From Lophium mytilinum (lineage: Eukaryota): a stretch of 64,000 nucleotides of DNA. The stretch lies in contig MU004198.1 of NCBI GenBank assembly GCA_010093605.1, forward strand, positions 870,726 to 934,725, read 5' to 3'. Every line of letters begins with the position of its first letter. The stretch's first letter is position 1. Position numbers and translations under genes: made by a program. The notes beneath the pieces are model-generated. The model had not been told where the DNA came from, did no database searches, and saw only the letters and a list, made by a program, of their open reading frames with translations. This document shows, one piece after another, positions 24,966-38,060 of this stretch.

Positions 24966-26597
24966 CTACGTTGAAGAACCAAAAATCTGTTTCAGCTCGA
25001 AGTCGATCTCAGTGAGGTCGCTGCATTCTTCTACTTGCTGACGGGCAAGATGTAGTTGCTCGATCTCCAAGGTTTGCTGACGGGCAAAACGTGACCTTGT
25101 GACCTCCATGCTTTCTCGAAAGCTGCTTACAAGGCTTTCCTCGAGAAAGGCCTTGGAGGGTTCCATGGAATTCTCAAACAGAACCTCTAATTTTTGTCGC
25201 ATTTTAATGACCGGCAAGATTTTTCTGAAAAATCCTTCGAAACTAGACATGGAGCTTCTCACATTTCTGAACATGTCTTCCTCGTCTTCGTCTTGTGAGA
25301 GCTTGGCTCGCTTTCGCGTCGGCTTACGCCCAGGCACAAAGAACGCCCTAGAATGATGCCCGGTCTCCATCATGTCATCTACATCTTTCCGCTCCTTCTT
25401 GGATCGTTCAAACCGTACATCGCAGTCGCCACTATTACAAATTAGACTGCGTACTCAAAGCTCAAACCCCACGGAAGCACTCGCTTGACTTACCAAATCC
25501 TTCCGCCACCCGGTGCAAGGCTTGTCTGACTAGAACGACAATATTGCATAGGGCACTTCGAGTCGAATATGTTCAGTTCGTTCACTAAAATAGCCATGGT
25601 TAGAGCGGTTCCTGGGCGTAATCGGAAATCCTCGGATATGACTTGAGCACTGTTCCTCGTCGCGAATATCTCGTAATTTCCAGCTTTTACGGCGTGCGAT
25701 CCAGGGCCCTCTAGGAAACGGTGTTTGATGATGGCCTCAAGATAGCCGTAGTCGAACTCGGAGGGAACGGGGAACTTGAAGCCCAAAGCGTCTTCTACAA
25801 TGATTGGCGCCTGAAAGAACGTCCACCGAATGTCTGCTGCACCCATAGAGCTTTGCATTTCGAGCACAATGCTATGTGTTTGCTGTGTCGTGACGCTTGT
25901 TGCCTAATGATTAGTCTATGTAATGATGATTGAAGGTTAGTTGTACTTACCAGACTCTTGCTACAGCCTCACCTAGCGCCACCAACGACGTCTTGAGCTC
26001 CCCGGTCACCATTTGGAACAACCTTGCAAGCATCGTATGGGTGGTTCGTACAATAGCTGCTTGGGCTGCTACACTGTCTTTGATACCCTGCAAGATGCCC
26101 CTGGTGCTCTCTAGTCTCTCGCGAATATGCAAAGTATCCGCCTCGAACTTTCCCGACGCGATATCCATCTTCTCAAGCCCATGTTCAGCCAACAGAATAT
26201 TGATGGTACCAACATGAACGTTGAGATAGCTCTGCAGCTTGTGAATCTCCTCTTTATGTCCGAACGTCCATTGCAACTTATTCTTCGCAAGACCTATACC
26301 ACCTCGTTTTCCCCAGATACCTAATCCATTTTCATATTTCCTGATCTTTCCCAGAAACTGCTCCAAAGGCTGCCGGCAGCTAAGTGCTGCATACTTGATC
26401 GAATCGAGGCTCTCCGATCGTTTTCCACTAGGCTTCAACTGGTCGATGTGTTTGAGAACACTGTTGAGGGTTTCAAGCTCGCGAACAATCTCTTGATACT
26501 CCGACTTCGAGCCCCCAGTGTCGCGGAGGGAGCTGATGATGTCCGCGATAAGTTTACCGACAGTGACAACGTCGCCGACGGAGAAACCGAACGACAT
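24966..26597 (-). CDS. SesA/HeLo-like (fungal STAND N-terminal type) domain + ubiquitin-like domain + CxxxxC/CxxC motif protein, 3 exons
   Basis: Starts MSFGFSVGDVVTVGKL..SEYQEIVRELETL..KLQWTF; then QAPIIVEDALGFKFPVP..IIKHRFLEGPG..GNYEI; then CPMQYC..CGDC. Introns at 25896-25950 and 25432-25493. Confidence 0.8.
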
Positions 26598-27111
26598 TCT
26601 CGCGCCTTCTCGAGGGGGTGAACAGCGCGCCTTGTACTCTAAGCTGCGGAAAAGAAGCGATCAAGACAACTGTGTTGAAGAGAAGACGATGGATGAGGTG
26701 GCAGACCCATAGATAAGTTAGTTGGGCCTCAATTCGAGCTGCGCCACCACCTTCGATTGTCAGCCTTGTTGGCATGCAGGTTGATGCAGGTCGTCGGACC
26801 AGTCAACATCGCCAGAGCCCTCAGGCGAAAAGGCAACCAGGCTCCACACATATCGCCCTCAAAAATGACATATGAAGTATGCTGTACGAATGATGTTCTG
26901 CAACGATGCACCTTTCCACCACTGTCTGAAAAATGGGAGTTACTTGAAGACTTTTGCAGACGAGTAGAACTGAAGTCAACCAAACACTTCGATCTAGAAC
27001 TCTAAGGGTATCTAACGCACCGCACCGCTTTACTCTAACCATGCAAATGCTTCTGAAATCTTGGAACATCACGTTAGCAATCGCTCAACTTACTAATCTC
27101 CTCCCTACCCA

Positions 27112-28315
27112 CTACTCAAACATCCCCCCATGCATCCCGCTTCCACTCCTCTTCGCCTTCCATGCATCGAGCAGCACCATGACCTCCCGTCTCGTATCTT
27201 CTATAATCCCATCCATCTTGATGTCGTTCTTGTCATAACCGAACGGGTCTTCGAGCTGAACCCCTATTCCCTCAATCCCATAGAGCGTAAACGCGACAAT
27301 CGCAACGATGGGCACAGCCCACCACCCAAAATCATCCACCGTCGCGAAGGGAAGCACGCAATTGAAAAGCGCAAGAACTTGCTTCTGATGAATCCTGTAT
27401 ACACACATACATATTAGCATATACCCTAAGGAAAGGCGCGCCAGGAGCAACAAAGGGAAAATAAAATGAACCCACAAATGCGCCACCGGCATCGGCGTAC
27501 TCCTAATCGTCTCCATCCTCCCATACGCCTCCACCAGCGTATTCACCTGCACCGTGAGCTGGCTCGCCTGCGGCCCATGCACCCACCCGCGCCCAAACGC
27601 GCGCCGGATATACGCCTCCACCAGCACCGTCAGCTGCAGCGGCAGGCTGAGCCCCTGGTCCTCGAACCCCACCAGCTGGTCCGGCAGCAGCGAGATGTAC
27701 TCCGCCTTTGCCGCCGTGATCCCGTTCTCCACCTCCCCCGCGTCCCCATTCGCGGCCGGGCCGGGGGGGACGTTGTACTCCGCGCGTAGGTTATGCTTCA
27801 CCGCATACAGGATGGCGACGAGAACGCACACCGTCTTCTCCACGTCCTCGCGCTCGGCCTCGGACAGCGCTTCGCCGGGCGCCGGCGTCGCGGAGACGAG
27901 GAAGCTGCGCGTAAGGTTCCGCACGCTTGTTCCGATGGTGGTGAGGCAGTTGCGGCCGCTCCAGAAGCGGTCGTAGCTTGTGCTGTTGCGGAAGACGAGC
28001 ATTAGGCCGACGACGATGGAGAGGGAGGGGATGATGAGCGCGGGCAGCCCGAGGTTGCCGACATGGCGGTCGAGGTAGACGATTAGTACGGTGAAGAGGG
28101 AGTGGAGGAGGACGGGGACGGCGATGGAGGCGTGGACGGAGCCTGGTAGGTGTTAGATGTGTGTTTTGAGAGGTTCTTTTAAAGGACGTTGGGGGAATAA
28201 TGCCTTTGGAGACGCGTAGAACGAGGGGGATGCGGCGGGGTTTCTGGCGCGTGGCGTGGGCGAGGGGGTAGGTTGGGCGGCGTTGGTGGTATCGCGGGCG
28301 CTCGGGAGGTGCCAT
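27112..28315 (-). CDS. Bestrophin-like/UPF0187 (YneE-type) anion channel, 3 exons
   Basis: GLMLVFRNSTSYDRFWSGR; METIRSTPMPVAH; GIEGIGVQLEDPFGYDKNDI. Confidence 0.88.
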
Positions 28316-29066
28316 GGCTGAGGCTGTGAGAGATTATGAGATGGATTGAGAGGACGAAGCTGAAAAGCAGAGGAAAAGGCTGTATGATTGAGTGGAGTGA
28401 GGTTGAGGTCTCGGACTTCGAGTGGAGCTTGGAATTGTTGCATGCGCGGGGAGCGCCACTCCCACTTTTTTGGTTTCAGGGTTGGACCCTGCATGAAGGC
28501 TTAGTTCGTATACTTCGAGGTCAATTATACCGAATCTCACGTTGCCTAAATATGCCGACGGGGCTAACGCAGTATTGAAGAGTGATCATAAAGTCGATAT
28601 AGGTCGATGTCTTGGTCTCCACCTGTCTCTAGGTCACCGTAGTGTTTCAGCACTTCAAGATATCCGTAGAACACATTAAATGCAAGGCGAACCTCTGTTG
28701 TGTGCTTGCTATATCCAAAAATGCTATATCCAATGATCGATGCCAACAGGGGCCTTCCCCATTAGCAATATTCCATCATGCTCACTCAACGAGCATACCC
28801 AAGATGCGCATGCGCCTCTCAAGTCCCACCCTCCCATCCAAAGAAATCCGTGCGACTAGAAAGATATATGAGAGAAGATCCTAGTCCCAGAACGCCAATG
28901 CCGTGGATAACAGATGATGCTCGCGTGATATCAAACAGAAGGCGCTGTTGCCCTACCCACCCGAATGCACGAGGAAAACGCCGTCCGTGGAAGCCGTTAC
29001 GTTAATCACCCATGCCGGATGAAAGCCGCCATTTCGAAAGATAAGAAGTCCAGCGACGTTTTAGTA

Positions 29067-30969
29067 TCATGGCATGACGGGTGCCGTTGTAGACCCGCTC
29101 AATAAGGACGGGCTAGATGCCTCCTCAATGCCGCGTCGGACCGAACCCCGCCCAGCACTGCCGTCAAAAACAAAAGGCCCGGCATCGTTCCGAGGAGTCA
29201 TTGGGCAATCGGGAACGCGCTCAGGGGTGAGCGCGTATTGTACTGAAGCAATGTCCGAAGTGGAACGGTTGGGGAAGAGCGCTGTGTTATCCGTTGTAGC
29301 CGCGGCCTCCCTAACGATGTGCACGGGTTGCGATCCAGGAGGTGGAGAGTGCACAAGCCGTGGAGGGCTTGTTTGCGGGGTCGCTAGCGTTGGTGGAGCG
29401 GGAGATTGAAGGCTCGCAGACTCGTCCGGAATGATTGTTGAGATGGCAGCTTCTAGGTCGCCCATACTGAGGCGGCCATTTGGCATGCGAGCGCCATCTG
29501 CCGCCACAGGGCTGGCTAGTTGCATCTGTGAAGCCCGAGGCGTGACATGCACCGATACGTCACCAGTTTTCTCGTCTTTCTCGTCGGCATCTTCTCTCTC
29601 TGATTCCCAGTCCTCGACGTCTGGTTCTTCAACGTCGGCCTCGAGATCCGTTACCGCACGGCAGTTTGGACATAGGAAGTTGGGCCATGTCGGACCCTGG
29701 AGAATCGGGCGAATGCATTTGTAATGCCAAACATGTGAACATGGGGCCACAAACAACGACTGGCAAGGCTGTTGGTGTATCAGTATGATAGTTTCCGAGG
29801 ACGCAACAGTCTGGGGAGCCTCACCGCAATAGACATTAGACAAATTGAGCATTCAGAGCTGTGTGTTGACGCAGTGTCAGTGTCCTTTTTGGGTTTCGCC
29901 AAGTTGCGGAGTCTTTGATGCGTTTGCTTGCTGCAAGACGTTAGCTAGGCCTTGTGTAGATCAGCCGACTGCCTTACTTGAATGTGTTTATGCTTTGCTG
30001 CCAATTTCTATTGCACTCTATGCGAATTTTGACGCAACGGAAAATCATCTCTTCTCCACCTCGAAAATCGATCCCAAGCTGCACGACATCCCCGTCCTTC
30101 ACTTTGAAGGGCTTGGATTCCTGGTTCGGTTGGCTCAGCCGTATATGGTTGAGGAAGGTTCCAGAAGAGCTCTTGACGTCCCGAATATACCATTGCGAGT
30201 CTGCGCACCAGAACTCGCAATGCTTCCTGCTCACGACCTTGGATTTGAACCCAACAGCGGCAGCAGAAGGGACGTTTGCGGGGATTTCGGGAATGTTGTC
30301 TCTCTCGGAATACCTTCCAACCCGTATAACAGCATCGTCGTCCGGGAGTGTTCGGGATATTGTGGGGAATACCAACGAAGGTCTGCCAGCTCGGGGGTCG
30401 TGGTGGGGGATGAAACGGATGGAGGGGAGGGGTCGATTCTGAGGCGTCTCCACGTTATGTTCGACCCCGTCCATGTTCGCTGGAGTCGGTCCTGACTGGT
30501 TTCGTACAGAGAGTGACGGGGCTGCGGTCTCAGACCTGTTCCGGGTCATGGTAGGACTGTCGAGTACGGCGCTGGAATCGAGCGAGTGTTGACGAGTGGG
30601 TATTCGCGACAGGGCACTCCTACCGGCAACAGTGGGAAGCCAGCCGCTCGTCAATGGGGGATTCGCTTCGGCAGAGGTCGAAGAGAAGTCGTGGGTGGGA
30701 AGTGGACGGTCGGAGTCGCGTGCGGCGGAATTGGGGTCGCCGCTGAGAAGAGCTCCGGCGGGCTCAGATGGCGAGCTCGCGGTTCTTGTAGGCACAGGAC
30801 GGGGGTTGGGCGGAGGGGAGGGCGGAGCAGGGTTCGAGTGCAGGTGGTTGTGGGTGTACTGTCTGATGTAACTGAGGCCCCTCAGGCGGGTGGAGCGCGA
30901 GGGCGTCGTCGGCGAGGCTGGTGAGGTCGTGGTGGACAGAGTTGGGGCCGAATGCGCAGTCGTAAACAT
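29067..30969 (-). CDS. DMA1: FHA + RING-H2 E3 ubiquitin ligase (Dma1/Chf family), 3 exons
   Basis: FHA motifs VGRY, FKSKVVSRKH and RDVKSSSGTFLN; RING ECSICLMSIA|PCQSLFVAPCSHVWHYKC..CPNCR. Confidence 0.92.
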
Positions 30970-31916
30970 GGTCCAGCCTTGGAGGCAGTCAGGCGGATTG
31001 ACAGGCGGATCTCCGCAGGCTGAGGGTGAGTGGATTGCGAGGGTCTAGAGTGAACTGCCTGGGGCAACGTAGAGGCAAGGCGCAGACGACTGTGGGTGAG
31101 CAGTGGGAGCCGGGGGCGACATCCACCAGGCGTGATGCGTGATGCGGGCCGCCGGGATGGGTGCTGAACGATAGTTGCTAGGCGCTTGGGCGATGAATGC
31201 TGAGGAACAAAGATGCAGAAGACGCGCGCAGCAGCAGGCAAGAGTGCAGAGGGAGAAGAGGAATTTGGTGAATCTTCTACGGATCGGTCACAGTCACGAT
31301 TCTTCAGTAAATGTAAGCGCTCCAGCCCCGTCGATGGAACGAGATAAGGTTGCTCCGTCGCTGCTGCTTGGCTGTCTCGTCGCCTACTGCCACCCCCTCA
31401 GACCTAGCTGGCCCCGGTTTCCTGGTGAACGGAGACGCAGGGTGAGGCCTGACGAGAAGTGCTGCCCGCGACTGCTGCAACCGGGCCAGCATCGATGCTG
31501 TGCTGGTCAGAATGCCACCAGAACGAACGTGGATAAAGGTGCTATCTCCATGCTGTGCTTGACCATTAGTACCACATTTATATCCTCGGCGTAGAGGCCA
31601 TCATTTACAGCCCCACAATCAGTCTAGAAGGTCTAGCCAGAGACTGGGCACGTGATATGGTTCGAGAGGACTAAGTAGAAACTGAGGTTGGCAGAACTTA
31701 CCTTGATTTAATCAGCTACAACAACCAAAACGAATTTGTATGGTTTTACATAGATGTAGTCATATATAATAACCTGGGTTTTGATATTCACGTGCTCTTT
31801 CACTCAAAGTCTGAGCGATGAGGCGGCGGTAAAACCCCGGCTCGACTGCCGCGAAACCTCCGTGAAATGAAATTCTGCCGCATACCAATTATCATCTATT
31901 TAATCACATCTGGGCC

Positions 31917-33709
31917 ATGTTGAAGCCTCGATCTGTGCGAAGTCTGTCGCGGCGGCTGCCCCATATTGCTCCATCATGCACATCTCAGGTCATCCACTCT
32001 GGTAGGCGGCATCTAGCCTCAGTTGCCGCAGAGGAGAAGGTAGACTCCCCATTCTCCATTTCCTCGAGATTTATCTCACATTCGAGTAGGATCCTGCAGA
32101 ACTCGACCAAATAACCACCCTGCCGAATGGAATCCGCGTTGCTACCGAAGCTCTCCCGGGCCATTTCTCCGGCATTGGCGTCTACGTTGATGCTGGGTCA
32201 AGATACGAAAATGAAGCACTGCGAGGCGTCAGTCACATCGTGGACCGGCTTGCCTTCAAGTCTACAAAGTCGAGGACCTCAGACGAGATGATCGAGTCTC
32301 TAGAGTCACTAGGTGGAAATATCCAGTGTGCCTCCTCCAGGGAGTCCATCATGTACCAGTCCGCAACCTTCAACTCAGCCGTCCCCACCACTGTTGCGCT
32401 TCTCGCCGAAACCATCCGGGACCCCCTCATCACTGATGAAGAGGTTGAGCAGCAACTTGAGACTGCAGACTACGAGATTGGCGAGATATGGTCGAAGCCG
32501 GAGCTAATTCTGCCAGAATTGGTCCATATGGCCGCTTACAAAGATAACACTTTGGGCAATCCTCTGCTTTGTCCAAAAGAACGGCTTCCGGAGATAAATC
32601 GTGCGGTAGTAGAGGCATATCGTAGCGAGTTCTACAAGCCAGAAAGAATAGTAGTCGCTTTCGCCGGAGTAGAACACAACGAGGCCATCAGACTTGCGGA
32701 AGAATACTTCGGCGACATGACTAAAGGACAAGGCCCGACATTGCTAGGACTGGATGGCCAAGGACTTTCCTCAGACGTTTCGAATCAAGATGAAGCCTCA
32801 ATATCGCCACCATACACCCCCTCCGGTACCCCACCTCAAGAGCCCTCTAAGCTCCTCTCAAAGATCCCTTTCTTCAAGAACCTCTCCACTTCCGCAACCT
32901 CAAACGCCTCTATCCAGGCCTCATTCGACCCCTCCTCCCCCAACTTCTCCCCTATTGACGTTTCCCTACCATCCCGCTACACCGGCGGCTTCCTCACCCT
33001 CCCCACAATTCCGCCCCCTCTGAACCCGAACCTGCCCCGCCTCTCCCACATCCACATCGCCTTCGAAGCTCTCCCCATTTCCTCTCCAGACATCTACGCC
33101 CTCGCAACCCTCCAAACGCTCCTCGGTGGCGGCGGTTCTTTCAGTGCCGGTGGCCCCGGAAAGGGCATGTACTCGCGCCTCTACACCAACGTGCTGAACC
33201 AGCACGGCTGGGTCGAGAGCTGCATCGCCTTCAACAACAGCTACACTGACAGCGGCCTCTTCGGCATCGCGGCCTCCTGTGCTCCCGCGCAGGTGTCGCA
33301 GATGCTGGAGGTCATGTGCCGCGAGTTGAATGCGCTGGGGCAGGATACGGGATACTCGGCCCTGAAAGAAGGCGAGGTTCAGCGTGCGAAGAACCAGCTC
33401 AGGAGCAACCTGCTTATGAATCTAGAGAGCCGGATGGTGGAGCTGGAGGATCTGGGACGGCAAGTTCAGGTGCATGGGCGGAAAGTTGGCGTTAAGGAGA
33501 TGTGTAGAAAGATTGAGGATGTCACGGTTCAAGATTTGCGGAGGGTAGCGAGACAGGTGTTTGGGGGTGAGATTCAGAACCCAGGCCAGGGGAGCGGAGC
33601 GCCGACGGTAGTGTTGCAAGAGGGTGACCAAGAGGGCTTGAGGCGGAAGGACTTCAAGTGGCAGGAGATCCAGGAGCGGATCGCGAGGTGGAAGCTTGGG
33701 AAGAGGTAG
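31917..33709 (+). CDS. MAS2: Mitochondrial processing peptidase alpha subunit, 2 exons
   Basis: Arg-rich presequence; GVYVDAGSRYE..GVSHIVDRLAFKST; glycine loop GGGGSFSAGGPGKGMYSRLY. Confidence 0.95.
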
Positions 33710-34329
33710 AGCTGCCATCTACAGGGAAGCGTTCTTCTAGCATTTGTACAGTACTACAGGGCGTTGGATCTCGATTGTGGAGCTGAGATCTAAAGGTGAA
33801 GATGTAGGGTGAGTGTACTATAGATGTCGTCGCGGGCCGGAGGTCGGCGGCGTCAGAGTATCTAATGACATGCCGGTATTTCGCGTTTATCGTATCCCAC
33901 AAATGGCTGACGATCTTCATAGTTTTAGGCTTTGGGAGTTTGGAATCGACTTTGAGCCTACTAGTAAGCTAAATGACAGTAGGAAGCATCTATCAATGAT
34001 ATGGCGACCTTTCTCAGATGTAAGGCTTTTGAACAATAACTTGTATTACCGTCGTAAGCGCTTCCAATGGCAAGCGCTCATATCTTCGCTGAGAAAGTTG
34101 TCAGCCCCTCTAACATTTATACTCCGCAAAACGCCCCGTACAACATTCGCCCATATCCGCCTTCTAATATCATCCACCTTCCAACTCAAACCATAATAAG
34201 TAGAAACAGCGCTAGATCATTTCCTTCCATCTCACTTATCCCCTTGCGTCGGCCATCTCCATTACTCCTTTCTTCTTTCTCCCTTTCCTTTCCCTGTCTT
34301 CCCCAAGCTCTATCGTCCTATCGTTTTAA

Positions 34330-34495
34330 CATCCAAACTCCGAAATCTTCGACTGCTTCAAGTGCCCTATCTATTTTCACAAAGCTTCTCTCCAAGGCTA
34401 CGAGGAAGAGCTCCACGGCGTCCGCACTTACGTCACCGGGCACAGCTTCCTCTCCGCCATCATCTACCTCACCGATGCCTTCGGCTATTCGATGG
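34330..34495 (+). pseudogene. Relic 5' fragment of a dienelactone hydrolase-family gene
   Basis: A start-less frame reads DCFKCPIYFHKASLQGYEEELHGVRTYVTGHSFLSAIIYLTDAFGYS with strong C-ending codon bias. This resembles the DLH N-terminus (GxEExxHGxxTYVTG...IIYLTDxFG). The rest of the gene is absent. Confidence 0.55.
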
Positions 34496-34794
34496 ATGCG
34501 CGGATTTGGTGCAGACTAAGCCTTCGAATGGAAGAGGGGGAAAAAGGAAGAAATCACAGAATCAGGAAGGGGCATTCGCTCTCTTTCATCATCACTAGTG
34601 GAAGGCTAAAATAGAATTGCCAGAACAACCAGATTGATTTTCAGCTCATCGTCCATAAATAGAGCCCACTACCAGTACTACAAAGATAAAATGACGCTGA
34701 GCAACACAAAATGGCGTCTATCTGCATACCACACCGGGTTGTCCTCCGTTACACAAGCCAACTACAAAGGTACTGACTCAATGATCCGGACCCA

Positions 34795-35151
34795 CTATCC
34801 AAGCTTGGCCTTCCCGGCCTTCAACAATTCTTCCAGAACCCTCGCGTACTCCGCCCTCGGGTCCTTTGCTGAGGTATCGAACTCCGCTGTAGCAAGCTTT
34901 GCGTGGGTTGTGTTCTTCTTGATGAAGTCTTGCAAGGCCGGACTTTTGGCCTGCGAATTGACCTGCAACACAACATTGAGGCGCTTTGTCAACGCGTTGT
35001 AGTAGCCCGCATCCAAACGACACTGCCAATCAGCATCGTGAGTCATGCTGGGAAGGATGCGGCTGCCCTCGGTGGGAATGTTCAAGATCTTGGTGACAGC
35101 ATTCTTTTGCGTGAGTGCCTTGTTGCCAAAGCTATTCAAGGCTTTAGACAT
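34795..35151 (-). CDS. Small hypothetical protein (118 aa)
   Basis: Clean ORF with motif-like LQVNSQAK..THAKLA. An intron (GTTTGT..CTAAC..TAG, about 35156-35215) lies just upstream of the ATG. Confidence 0.7.
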   Translation of the reverse strand: MSKALNSFGNKALTQKNAVTKILNIPTEGSRILPSMTHDADWQCRLDAGYYNALTKRLNVVLQVNSQAKSPALQDFIKKNTTHAKLATAEFDTSAKDPRAEYARVLEELLKAGKAKLG

Positions 35152-36128
35152 GATCTATGAAGCAAGTGATGTTAGCAGGAGGATTTAGAATGAAAAGCTG
35201 GAGGGAGAACAAACCGGGAAGTATGTGCGGACTGAGTGCGAAGTGAAGCTCTATGGAGGAAGGATGTAGTGCGATGAAGCGAGTCTGGAGCTTAGAAGAG
35301 ATGTTCTTAGGACGAATAACAGTTGCTATTGAAGTGCGATGGTAGAAAGGATTGGGGTTTGAATAATAGCATTGTAGCTTCTGGCTTATATACGTGTTTA
35401 CAGACGCTCATCGCTCAACTGTACGATGTTCGTCGCAAGTTCTGCGCCGCAACTGCTTCGCCGCAAGTCTTCGCCGCATAGTCAGTCAGAAGCGAGAGCG
35501 AATCATTCCGGAACTACTGCAGCTACTACTCAGGATCGTTTCGCAATTTCTGCCCGGCGGGTGGATAAGCTGTGCCTCACGGGATTCCAAAATAAGAAGT
35601 ACGAAAGATCGAAGAGAGCATGCCTCTGATCTTGATATGTTGGTGGCGCCTCTGTGGTAACAGCTACATAAGGATTGGAGAACTATTCAAGGGATTCGTA
35701 GACATGTTTTGAGCTCCTATCTAGATGCGAGGCCTCGATTTAACCCAGCATTAGTAACCGTGGAGGTTTTCAATGCTTCAATGATTTTCTGCAGTATATA
35801 GAAACTGAGTGTATTCTATTACGAACCACGTAGAACATAGAGTATACGCGCTCAAACTGCTTCGCTCTTCAGCGGCTAACTAGTCAAACGGCAGGACAGC
35901 CAAAGACTACAAGGATAGGCGAACGCCACCAACAGATGAACACCATTGAGACCGTCGAGATGCACTTCGTGAGCGGCTATTCACAGGGAGTATGGAGGTC
36001 TGGGCTCAGGGTATTCCAGTACGCTTACGTAAGGCACTCTCTAACCGCGCGCCTCTACAGCCGCTTGCAAAAGTCCCCTAACTCCACATCTGTTTCTTCA
36101 GTCGCCCTCAAAAGATAGAGTTGGCTCT

Positions 36129-38060
36129 ATGGGTCGCAATATACTGATACGAGCGTCTAGCGTTCTTACCCACTTGACGTCGCGACCCATTTGTGCCCAA
36201 TCTGGGTTTGGCGCCTTTCTTGCAAATAAAATTGGGAGGTGTCTCCAACCCCAAGTCCATCAGCAATCGTCCGATTTTACGCAACTCCATCACTCAGAAC
36301 AGACTATGGCATCACAGCCATTAGACCGTAAGTAATATGCCCCGCAAGCGCACTAAGTCGTGTCGAGCTACGTACAGGTCTCTGTATTAACATTTTGACA
36401 GCCCTTGATCCTTACGCGTATACGAGTGGCCGGTGGCTTCGTCGTGACAAATTAGAGCGCGAATCACGTTTCATTACCTTCGATTTTGATGCCCTATGTG
36501 CAAGAGTCATCGAATGTTCTCATGGAGCCGCTTCAATCAAATCATATGAAAAAAAAGAAGGGGGCTTCAATCGCGTCTTCATCTTCACCCTCGACAATGC
36601 GAAGCGTGTAGTAGCAAGGTTGCCGTTCAAACTTGCCGGCCCGACTAGATTGACAACTGGCTCAGAAGTGGCTACCATTAGATATCGTAAGTGTAGTCCA
36701 CGCTTTTGATAAGAAGTGTGACTTACAGCTGCGGATGATATAGTGCAGATCAACACTAGTATCCCAATCCCAAAGATCATCGACTGGAATGACAATGCTG
36801 CAACCCCCATTGGTACTGAATATATCCTTATGGAGCACGCCGCTGGGGTTCAATTGCATCAGAGGTGGCCAACTATGACTTCAGAGCAGCAAGTCCGATG
36901 CATAAGCGACATCTATCAGAAAATGAAAGACACGGCGGCGATAAAATTTCCGGTGTACGGGAGCCTGTATATGGAAAACTCCCTCCCAAGTTCTGCATCG
37001 CAGCATGTTCTAGAGGACCCGTCCTTCTGTATCGGGCCACATTGCGGGCCTATGTACTGGGACTGTGAAGTTGGTGAATCTCGTCACTACCACAATACAG
37101 CCCCTAATCGGGGTCCGTGTAAGAGCTCTATGACTTCTCATGGCTTTGTGGACCACATCACTCACGGACTACCTAGGGACAACCCTCCTGGACTACTGTG
37201 ACGGCCTCATTGATACCGGTATCTCTAGAATTCCACCAAACGACCCTCTATTACCTAAACGACCACGCTACCATGGGACTGTCCAGGAGCACCTGAGTCT
37301 TTTGCAGTCGGGCCGCACAGTTCTAAAAAAGCTATCTGAAGACTCCAGGGTACAGGATGCGGCCACGCCAACCTTATTTCACCCCGATCTAAACAAAAGG
37401 AATATATTCGTTTCAGACGACGATCCGACCACTGTTACGGCCATCATTGATTGGCAGAGTGCCGCTATTGAGCCTGCCTTTTGGTACGCAGATCTGATCC
37501 CGGACTTTGCAAAACCTATTCCGCACCCGACTCTGGAAGACCAGTTGGAGTTCAACAGCGAACAGTGCGCAAAGGTGTTCAACATCTCCACTCAATTCCT
37601 TACGCCCACTCTAGCACACCCCAGATTAATGGACGAAGCCTTCTTTCGTCCGTATCGCTATTGCTATAGGACCTGGAAAGACGGGGCGGTAGCGTTCCGC
37701 GATGAATTGATTCACACGGCGCGTCGCTGGGAAGAGCTTGGCCTCGCAGACATTTGTCCATACTCTACCCCGACGCCCGAGGAACTAGCAGCTCACAAGA
37801 AAATGTACCAACTATTTCTGGCTGCTCAGGAATTGAGGAGCACTCTCTCAGTTCTCCTCAACACCGCCACAGATGGCTGGGTCCCGCCTGAAGACTGGGA
37901 AATGGTCAAGCAGGCGTACAAAGAGTATTATGATGGCATGTTAGAAGCTGTATTAAAGAACGAAGATGCTGACGATGATGAACCGATTAGAAGCGAGAAC
38001 GATCTGAGAGAGATCTGGCCGTTTGATTTGGAACTGATACCGTCCAAACAGCCTGTATAG
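36129..38060 (+). CDS. AIM9-like/APH phosphotransferase (kinase-like) protein, 4 exons
   Basis: YTSGRWL; EGGFNRVF; VVARLP..SEVAT; IPIPKIIDW..IGTEYILMEHAAG; LFHPDLNKRNIFV..IIDWQ. Start may be 36129 or about 36307. Confidence 0.85.
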
